DNA of 40,452 bases from Nemertoderma westbladi (taxonomy: Eukaryota; Animalia; Xenacoelomorpha): assembly GCA_032718475.1 (NCBI GenBank), contig JAUCBJ010006785.1:1-40452 (forward strand), written 5' to 3'. The notes under the pieces were generated by a model. The model was not told the DNA's origin. It did no database searches and saw nothing but the letters and a program-made list of their open reading frames with translations. Shown here one piece after another: positions 30,278 to 40,452 of the stretch (position 1 is the first letter of the stretch; each line of letters starts with the position of its first letter). Made by a program: the position numbers and the translations under genes.

Positions 30278-30910
30278 TTCACTGTATTTCTACAGCTTAT
30301 TGAGCTCAACATTACTCATTCACTATAGTTGGTTGTCCTTCCGCAGTTTCCCAAACGGAAACTCCCCCTATTAACACTCTTCATTACATTGTATTCTTGA
30401 CTCTTACGATATTTTTACGTTTATATTATTAGATCTCTTATTATGTATTCATGTTCTTGTATTTCCGTATATCTTATTACCCCTTACCGCTTATAATCCT
30501 ATATTATTATCTTATATGTTGTCTATAATAAATATGCTCCTAATTGCCAATCAAATAAACAAATTATTTTTTTTTATGGGACGTAACCGTGTAAACTGGG
30601 TGAAATCCATATATAGTTAAACATATTACGATCACATAGATCATCTTATTGTTTTATACACAAGAGCATAGCAACCGCTCTTACAGTTTGGGAAAACTCA
30701 AATAAAACTCTATGAAATTTACAATTATAAATAAATAAATAAAATTATATATTAATTATTTTATTTCTTAGTAATTCTTTACTATACCACGTTAATAAGC
30801 CTTTATAGCCAAGTTGGTATGTATTACAGTCTATCATTTAGGCGATTTTAACTTCTGTAGCTAGACTTTAAATTTTGAAGACGACACCTTTATTTAATTT
30901 GGATACAAAT

Positions 30911-33900
30911 ATGGACAACAAAGGTGTTCAAATGGACGACGAAATTCATTCAGCTTCGGAATCTGACGTATCCACACAGTCTGGTAAGTCACCTCTTACA
31001 TCTACACGTATTGAAAACGTTATCTCACCAACTCCTGTTGCATCTGTTGTAAATCCTACCGTAGGAATGTTTAGTGAGAGTTCAGTACCTAATCTAACTC
31101 ACGTAAAGAGAACGATTGCTGGTTATAAGGCTCATTTTACAGGACGTTTCAATGAGTTTACCATTCAAAGGTCTGCTACATTCGACCCTACTAATATCGA
31201 TTCTATATTTAATTCTTGTATTAATGTATACAAATCTTTGTGTAGTCACTATGAAAAATCAACTTTCGATTTCGAAAGATTTGGGTTTTCTGATGTGTCA
31301 CGTGAGCTAGCTGCACAATCAGTAACTGTATTGTCAGACCTTGAATCTAAACTCAATGACATTCGCGAATATATTAATAGCAATGAGCAGACCGTGACTC
31401 AGACCCAGACATGTCAGAGTAACGCCATACCTATTGTAGTTGTGTCTTCAGATGTTCCACAATATGTATCATCTCATGAACAATTGCAAGTTGGCGAGCT
31501 CAAACGTAATCGAACAATTTCAAATCACTCTGGCTCTACAGCACATTCTCGAGCCTCTACGAGCGCATCAGTTCGAGTTCATCGTGCCAAAGTCAAGCGA
31601 AAATTACTCCTGCTACAGCTCGAGCAGTCAGGAGCAGCTTCTCAGGCAGATCAGGCTGACACATTGATATTACAAAAATCAGAGCGGCAACAGAAAGAAA
31701 TTACTCGCTTGGCAAAGGAACGTGGCCTACGCGATGCTCTTGCACTTGCAGCACTTGAAGAAGCTTTAGAGTTGAAATCACCTGAATTTGGAGAAGCAGA
31801 AGCAGATTATGTAGCTTCTGCGCTATTACAATCACCAAAAAGATCTCCCACGTATGACGTACCAATTAGTGTACAAACTGAAAGTAATCTTAACAATAAT
31901 GTGACTGTTAATACAAGGATCCAATCAGAGTCTCCAGTCGACCATGTTGCCATAGCAACCACGGGCCTACCTGTTAATGTGAGTGCCTCAGATTCCTATG
32001 AATCAGCACAAAATAATCTGCAGTCTAGTCAATCTCATTCCTACCCTGTCACTGTAGAAACAACATCAGTAGTGTCATCTCAACTTCCAATTTTTTCTCT
32101 TACGTCTCCTATAAGACCTACTAGTGCGCTAATTAATAGTAGAGTTTCTGAAATTATCCCACTAGGTAATTTTTGTACAACTGGTCTCTTTATACCCCCA
32201 ACATCGCTTTTTAATACTGCATCTTCCTTAAGTCAGTATTCTCAGAGATATCCTAGAAGTTCCTCGGCCGGACAATGCATTTATTCATCCTATACTTCTG
32301 GAGGACAATATGTCCCATCCTATCTTACTACCAGCCGGGAACAATATAGTCAAGAGGAGCCTGTGGCATTTACATCTCTTGATGTAAATAGCCTTACATG
32401 TCCATCTATATATGTTTCAACATGCCCCATAGGGGGACAATTCCCCCACCTTTCCCACCCCATAGGTCAAAGTGTCCCATCATGTCCCAGGAATGTTCCG
32501 GGACAATCTGCACGAGAGAAGCACCCCAAGTTTGCCTCTTCTGCGCTATACAATACCCATAATATATCTCACGTCCCATCATTTACCATGGGGGGACAAA
32601 ACTTATATGACGAGGGACAATAATTCCCATATAGTACCACTGGCCTACAGGATCAATACAGTGAGACTCCTGGATTTTTATGTAATCCTGTAGCATCTGT
32701 AACTGCTAGTTCAATCTCTGTTGGTCAGTCTGCAGTAAATGCTCCAAATTCAAATCATGTACAATTTGCCATGGGGGGACACAATGGTCCAGTATATTTC
32801 GATAGAAATGCTCCTATTTCTGCACTATCGGGTATTACATCCATGAACCCTAATGATAGATCTTCTATTTCCATTGCAGGTGACCCCACTATAGTATCAC
32901 GTGGTGTCTATTTTGGAGGGTCCCCATTATCCAACCCACACAATGGTGCGCCATCAGATTTTGCCTTACAAGATTCTGGTCTCTCTCACACCCTGGATGC
33001 CTTAGGCAAATTAAATACTAAGCTATCCTTGCCACGCCCTGAACCTACAAAATTTAGTGATGATTCAGCTAAGTATATATTTTTGTGGCTACTTTTAAGG
33101 CTCATATCGACTTACGTGATTTTTCTGAAGTGGAAAAATTGCAGTACCTTTTACAATATACGTCTGGCAAACCTCATGAGCTAGTGGAGGCTTATGAAGG
33201 ACTTTCAAATGGTTACACTAAGGCTTGGGAGACCTTGCATAAACGTTATGGTCACCCTAGTGTAATCCTTAAAGCTACACTAAGAGATCTCGTCGCTTCT
33301 GTAGATTTAAATGGATCTTTTGGAATAAAAAGGGAAAAACTTCGTGACTATGCTGATAAGGTAAGAAGTAAGGTTACCATTCTTCAGCACTTGAGCAACA
33401 GTCATGAAATGAATGCTACCTCGAACCTCAAACAAGTTGCCTCTAACCTACCAACTGAGCATCTTGCAAGATGGCGTCGAGTTGCTCACGGTATTCGTGC
33501 TCGTTCTCAAAGGGAACCCACTCTTAATGAGCTTGCGGACTTCCTTGACAATGAAGCCGATATTATAAATGACCCTATTTATAGTATAGTTGACCGTGGC
33601 TCATTTGAGCCTCGCCCAAAGGTTACAACCTTGGCCACTGAAGTACATATCCCAGTTACTTCAGGGGTCGGTAATAATCCCAAAGTGTTAAAATCCCACC
33701 CCTGCCCATGCTGTAAACAACATGGGCATAAAATCAGTCAATGCAAAACCTTTCTAAATCTTACACCCCAAGAACGGTTAAACTGCGTACGTTCATACCA
33801 GTTGTGCTTTCGATGTTTTGCAAATTCACATTTTATTCCGGACTGCAAATCTGTTGATGTGTGTTTTGCTCCCGATTGCAAAGGAAAACACAATACCTTA

Positions 33901-36900
33901 TTACATGGTGCGTATGTATTTTCAAACACTCCCGATTCCAATAAATCGAAACAGAGTGTCAAGGACCCTGCGAGTAGTGAGAGCTCTGGTAGCCACACCG
34001 ACCGACCAAAATCTAAAGGTGGCAACATCAGCGCACAAAGTTCAACCAATTCCATGTCTGTACACTTATCAATTGCCAAAGTACAACCCGTATGGTTATC
34101 AGTAGTCCCAGTAACCATATGCATTGCCAATAAATCACTCACTACATATGCACTTCTTGATGATGGGTCTACTGCGACATTTGTTGACAAAAATGTAACC
34201 GATACTCTTGGTATCATTCCCGAAACTACTTCTCTTAATGTTAGTACTGTCTTCCAATCAAATATGTCTGTTTCTTTAGGGGAAATATCATGTAGTATCT
34301 CACCTATCAAAGGACAGCCAGAAATTAAACCCAATTTTGTCATCAACATGCCTCAAGTATTTGTAGTCCCCGATTTCAAAAGGGATTACTCATATGATGT
34401 AACACAACTGTGTCCTAAAACGCTCCAGCACTTAGATCACATATTGCCATATGTGACATGCTGCCCTAATCTTGATATCCCATCAATCACAATTCTGGTT
34501 GGTGGTAACCATCCTGAGGCCCTATCTAGGAATGTACATGTATTCCCAAAGGCTGGGAACCCTAATCCCTCTGCAATTAGGACACCATTTGGATGGTGCA
34601 TAATCGGTCCTGTGAGCTGTAAAGCAGTTGAACCCAATAGTACAGTAACACAGTTTAATCACATCACAGTCAGTGACCCTTGCACAGACCGCGACATCTC
34701 TAAACAGGTCACTCAATGGATGAAATTTCAGAGTTTTGCTGAAAGTTCACCTTCAGACGCAAAACCCTCACCCCTGATCGATGAGTTTCTATCACCATCC
34801 ATGGATGACTTAAAAGCATTAGAAATGTTTTCTAAGTCAATACGTCTAGTGGATGGTCACTATCAGGTAGGAATGCTCTGGAGGGACTCACCTCCATTAT
34901 TAATTAATTATTATAATATGGCAAAATCTCGTTTCGCATATTTAATCCGTCAGCTACATCGTAAGCCACATATCCATGCCCTTTATCAACAAAAAATAGA
35001 CGATTATGTCTTGAAGGGTTATGCTCGCAAACTCCTACCATGTGAGATAACCCCAGGGCCACAGACATATTACCTCGCCCATCATTTTGTTGAGAATCCC
35101 AACAAGCCTGGTGAGATAAGGATCGTAAATGATGCTGCTGCCTTATACCGAGGGATGTCCCTCAATAGTCAACTGTTAGAAGGTCCTAATCTCACCAGTA
35201 GCCTCATTGGAATTCTTTTGCGTTTTCGACAATATCCTGTGGCTTTCACCTGCGACTTAAAGGAAATGTACCACCAGGTGAGAGTCACACCAGGCGATGC
35301 CGATAGTCTTCGCTTCTTGTGGCAGCCCGATGGCTCTACGACAGTGGAGACTTACCAAATGTTAGTACATATATTTGGTGCATGCGATTCATCCTTTGTG
35401 GCATCAGGATCAGTCAAACGAACTGCTATTGATAATGCCAGTAATTTTAGCCCGGAGGTGATTGATGCCATTAATCGCCACATTTATGTGGATGATGGCC
35501 TCAAAAGTGCAGCATCTGTCTCTGAAGCTATTCACATCGCTTCTGGGATGGTAGATTGCCTCAAATTAGGTGGCTTTCACCTTACAAAATTTGCCTCCAA
35601 TTCTAGACAATTCCTAGATTCCTTTCCCGATTCAGAAAAGGCAAAATCCTTCATTAACTTAGATTTTGATAATCTTCCTATAACCCGTGCCCTTGGAGTT
35701 TCATGGGACACAAATTCAGATAACTTCATATTCTCCTATGTGCTTAAAAACACACCTTTAACTAAACGGGGATGCGTCTCTTTGACTAGCTCATTGTACA
35801 ATCCCATTAACTTTATCTTGCCTTTAATCATAGCAGGTCGATTAGATATAGCAAAAATGTGGTCAATGGAATTAGACTGGGATACCCCACTCCCACCAGA
35901 TACAGCACGTCAATGGATGAAGTGGCGAGATCAACTTCCTATGCTCAGCGAACTGGAAATCCCTAGGATGTACACCCCCGTCCATTCGGGTCCAATCAAC
36001 TACCAGCTACATATTTTCTCAGACGCTTCTAAAGTGGCCTACGGTACAGTATTGTACATCCGATCTGTAAGTGATAATGAAATAAATTCATCTTTCGTTT
36101 TCAGCAAAGGTAAGTTAGTTCGTACAGCCTCTGGACATTCAGTTCCTCGATTAGAGCTCCAAGCTGCAGTTTTAGCAGCACAGGTAAGTGACACTGTGTT
36201 AGAATCCCTAGACTTACCAATCGATAAATGTTATTTTTGGACAGACTCTACTGTCGTACTTGGGTACATAAACAACACCGTCAAGCAATTTCGATGTTTT
36301 GTTCACAACCGCGCTAAGTATATCCTTGATCGTACAACCAGTTCACAGTGGCAACATGTACCTGGTCATTTAAACCCTGCAGATGACATTACTCGTGGGC
36401 TTACAGCGTCAAGCTCATTAATTCACAGAAATGGTGGCATGGGCCTCCTTTTCTCGTTCAGCCTGAGGAAACATGGACGACAGTATCAACCATATGCCCA
36501 GAAACTATCACTAATACACTAATCAATAACCCAGATGTGCTAACTTCTCATATATTGGTGTCATCTGATATTGATTATAACGATGACATCACCATGACAG
36601 ACTTCTGGTTTGACATAGTTGTCGAAGAACAGACACCATACCACAATCCTGACACTGAAATAATTCTTAATGTCCACATTGATTCTAACACAGCATTTAA
36701 TGCTATAGGTTCACTTATAGCTAAACATTCGTCATGGAATAAATTACAGACTCTGTTCGCATGGATCTTACGTCTTTGCAAGTATTCTTTAAATCCAAAT
36801 TCGGTCTTAAATCTTAAAGGGAAATTTGTCTCGGTAAGTGAACGTCACCATGCTGGACGATGTCTGATTTATTTCTCACAGAGGCAATCCTATCCTAACG

Positions 36901-38183
36901 AAATTCAAATGTTACTGCAATCATCCCCAGTAGCTCGCTCAAGCCCACTAGCTAATCTAGCCCCAATCCTAACTCAGGATGGTTTATTGCGGGTAGGTGG
37001 CTGCATTACCTCCGCCCCAGTATCCTACGATACAAAACACCCTATAATTTTGAGTAAGTTACACCCACTTACAAATGTCATAGTATGGCACTGGCACATC
37101 TATTTATTACATGCCGGTCCCAACCAAGTAGTTGCCAAGGTAAGGGAATCCTATTGGATCCCTGGCCTTGTCACTTTCTGCAAGTCTTTAATACGTAAAT
37201 GCTTTAAATGTCGGCAATGTAAGGCTCCACGTGTGAATCAGCTTATGGCGCCATTGCCGTCCTCTAGACTGACCCCATATGAGCCGCCATTTACGTTTTC
37301 AGCCGTTGATATGTTTGGTCCACTAAAGGTCAAATACGGGAGAGGTTCTATAAAGCGTTATGCCTTTATCTTTACGTGCCTTAACTGTAGAGCAGTACAC
37401 CTCGATGTAGCTGCTGATGCATCAGCTGATGCCTTTATCAAAGTGTTCTTCCGTTTTAAGGCACTGAGAGGTTCGCCAAAGGAAATAGTTTCAGACAATG
37501 GGGGAAACTTCGTAGGTGCCGAGTCAGAATTACGGCAAAACCTGGAACTATGGGAACATCATATCGATATTGCCCTGCGCCCAAAGGGCATTACATGGAA
37601 ATTTATAACACCGTATGCCCCCCATATGGGTGGTGTATATGAACGGCTAATCCGTTCAATCAAACAAGTTCTGTTTCAGGTCCTTGGCAATTCTCTTGTC
37701 ACAGATGACGTGTTAGTGACATCATTAGCAGAAGTAGAGTGCACTCTAAACAGCCGCCCCTTGTGCCTTAGTACCGATGACCCTAAAGCTGATGAAATCT
37801 TAACTCCGAACCACCTTCTATTACAGCGCCCTGCTTACAACTTACCACCAGGTCCCATCTATGATAGTGATACATACTCAACTCGTAAATGGCGCCAGGC
37901 TCAGTTACTAGCCAATCATTTTTGGACCCGCTGGGTACGCGAATACTTAGTGACACTTCAATCAAGACAGAAGTGGACACGTGTTCGCAACAACCTTGCA
38001 GTAGGCGATGTCGTATTGCTTGTAGATGAAGGTCAAACACGCAGTTGTTGGAGTGTGGGTCGTATAACGCAAGTATACCCTGATGATGTGGGGTGAATTA
38101 GATCAGTTGAAGTAAAAACCTCCTTGGGAGTTTACAAAAGACCTCTGGATAAACTATGCCTCTTAGAAGAAATAAATAAGTAA
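30911..38183 (+). pseudogene. gag-pol: BEL/Pao gag-pol of element C with two nonsense codons and two frameshifts
   Basis: ATG at 30911; TAA 32621-32623 with the frame continuing through 32771; frameshifts at ~33080 and ~36420; TGA 38094-38096 followed in frame by IRSVEVKTSLGVYKRPLDKLCLLEEINK to TAA 38183. Motifs: three knuckles, LLDDGS, IYVDDG, HIFSDAS, NPADDITRG, AVDMFGP, SDNGGNF, GGVYERL. Confidence 0.93.
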
Positions 38184-39230
38184 CAATACACTACTACTAA
38201 AATTAATTAACCAATAAACCAGCATACTTTGTATACTTATCAAATAGTAAAATTATTTCTCTAATTTCCCTTTAGGTTTTGGTTACCAAAATTCTTGGGT
38301 CTGATGTGATGGTCGTCCACATCTTTTTTGACTTCCACTGAAGGATGAATATTGAACTCGGTCAAATGGAACTATAAGCAACGAACTATAAAATGATAAC
38401 TAGAGATCCTTTGTTAAAGAGATTATTAAGTATTAACCGTGTCAATTGGTGATGGTAGAGCTTACAGGGTACATCGTAAACTATGTAATGTAGTTATGTA
38501 ATTCATAAGTATTTTGAATTTATTCACCCTATAGTAGTTACTCTAACTAATCTATCACCACACTCCTAACAACCTAATCTATAATCCTAAATCATTGTGT
38601 AATAATTGTTTATCGTTTCCTATTTTCATAATGTCCTTAAGATGAGATATATTCTAAACAATTTTAACTAATTTTACAAAATTGACGATACATTATTTGG
38701 ATATTACACGTATCTTAACTTCGTCAAATACATTACTGAACAAATTACCTTCATTAAGTATTGTATTAATAATGTTGATCTTTGACCTTCAATGACCCTT
38801 TAGATACCAAGGAGCTTCTTATCTCCTTTGTATGGTTATGGTATATCCATGCTTTTAAATGTTTGTCCTCTATGTGTTACATGTGTTGTCTTCTGTACGT
38901 CTGTTTCACTCGTATGGCAACTCCATACTTTTAAACGTACGTCATATATGTATCCTCTATGTTTATCTGTCATTCGTATGGTTTACCCATACTTTTAAAT
39001 GTATGCACACACATGTACAAATGTTTATTTGTATTTAAATGTACACACAGGACATGTCCTGTGTGTAATCTTTGTTTTGTATGTCCTGTTCGTCCACCGA
39101 GGTAAAATATAAAGGCCATAGATTAATATTATTTGAGTGGGACAAGATGTTCCTTCGATTGTTTGAAATTTTTAAGATGTTTTGAGGAAGCCCAGATATC
39201 GTCAGACATCAGAAAAATTTGAAAATTTTT

Positions 39231-39442
39231 AAAGGGGAATGTAGTGGCGGGTCGCTCTCAAACAATAAAAAATATATTATCATTACATTACCGCCCATTC
39301 TCCCGGCTTATTTTTATAAACCAATATCTATCTCATCTCCAACATACTCATTCGACCATTATTGGCTGCCCCCATTCACAGCCGTTTATCCTATACAGAT
39401 AAACAGCTGTATTCTTCCCTGCCCGGGTTGAGAATCGTATCA
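39231..39442 (+). repeat. Candidate PPT (AAAGGGGAA, 39231-39239) and short 3' LTR (TGTAG...TATCA) of element C
   Basis: Hairpin, purine tract and TGT as in elements A and B; TATAAA at ~39315 and TCATT ~30 nt downstream. Right end is a guess. Confidence 0.45.
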
Positions 39443-39592
39443 TATTAGTAAAGTACTACCTAATGGCAAGGTACTGGCATGATAATTTTACGAAATTTTT
39501 ACAATTACCACATTTTGCATTATTTGTTAAGGAATTAAAAAATACTTGCCAAGTACAGTATAGATTTTAAGAAATATTTGGGTGGGCACTTA

Positions 39593-39731
39593 TCATGCAA
39601 TGCACTTACCAAATTCTTAACAAATTTTGTATACCTAGAATATAATTTCGATGACTTTATAATCATGCAATGCACTTAGCAAATTTTTAACAAATTTTGT
39701 ATACCTAGAACATACTTTCGTTGACTTTATA
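39593..39731. repeat. 69-bp tandem duplication
   Basis: ATCATGCAATGCACTTA.CAAATT.TTAACAAATTTTGTATACCTAGAA...GACTTTATA at 39593 and 39662. Confidence 0.9.
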
Positions 39732-40452
39732 ACTTGACAAAAATTTAATAAGAACTTTAGTGGTGCTTGACACGCATTGCAATTAAAAATCAGTCACATG
39801 ATCCACCGCCAATAAATGACTCATACAGTCATTTTGTCGTCAGTAGGCCTACTGCTGTACTGCAGAGTTGCGTTTATTGAGTTTTCTTTATTTACGTTTA
39901 ATTGCTTAATGAGTTTTGCTTACTTTAATAAATAGTGTATAAGGTTTTGTTACTTTAATTTATACTGGTAGTTTTATTGCTGTTTGTTTACTTCAATTCA
40001 ATTGTTTATTGTATTTTGTACTCTTTAATTTTGTTATTCTTTATAGAGTTTTGTAATCTTTAATTGTTTAGTGCCTGTTGTATACTTGTTTTGTTTATTT
40101 GTTTTGTTTGTACTGTCTATATCGTTAATGAAATATTTATGGTTTGCCTAATTGTCCGATTGTTGCTAATTGGCAATTTAATTGAATTAATGCCTAATTG
40201 ATACAATTAAAATTCAAATTTTTTGAATGTTAGTGAAATTTGATTAATAACAATTGACTTTGGAAGAATTGGAATTTAAAAAAGGCCTCATAATCCAAAG
40301 ACATATATTGAACTCCGTGATGTTGTTAGGGATCTGGCCTCTCTATCATTTGGACCACGAAACGTGACAGTCGGAACCCATATGCCATAGTCAGAGACCA
40401 GCCTGGATTAAGTGGAGAGGCAGGACTTGGTGTGATGTATGAGTTCGGGGGC

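Larger units (their letters stand above)
30290..39442 (+). mobile_element. Degenerate BEL/Pao LTR retrotransposon C; no matching 5' LTR seen, both boundaries uncertain
   Basis: Full gag-PR-RT-RH-IN coding region plus a PPT/LTR candidate at 39231-39442. Confidence 0.8.

Noticed and set aside
38305-39230. 3' LTR of element C starting at TGTGATGG (38305)
   Set aside because: The preceding tract is a poor PPT, there is no matching 5' copy, and a better hairpin-PPT-TGT junction exists at 39213-39242; kept only as an internal PPT-like site.

Overview
Repeat-dense eukaryotic (probably invertebrate animal) heterochromatin-like window with no recognisable host gene. Left to right: (1) right end of a piggyBac-like non-autonomous DNA element (ends AGGG|TTAA at 1408-1412) inserted into the gag of (2) BEL/Pao LTR retrotransposon A (+, gag-PR-RT-RH-IN, 2.3-kb 3' extra region, 3' LTR 10355-10884); (3) a strictly 35-bp palindromic satellite (~164 units, 10885-12838 and 25463-29268) split by (4) a complete 12.6-kb BEL/Pao element B (-; apparently identical 1235-bp LTRs, ACTAT TSD) that encodes only an intact 1643-aa Gag-protease ORF with RT, most of RNase H and integrase deleted; (5) a 5'-truncated CRE-clade non-LTR fragment; (6) degenerate BEL/Pao element C (+). 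The most unusual signals are in element B: it has no tRNA-type PBS, and the 11 nt directly after its 5' LTR are exactly complementary to an 11-mer inside the LTR, as in Tf1-type self-priming; it also carries a duplicated ~85-nt RNA hairpin with compensatory changes in its 3' region. All calls come from reading the sequence by eye; no searches were run.
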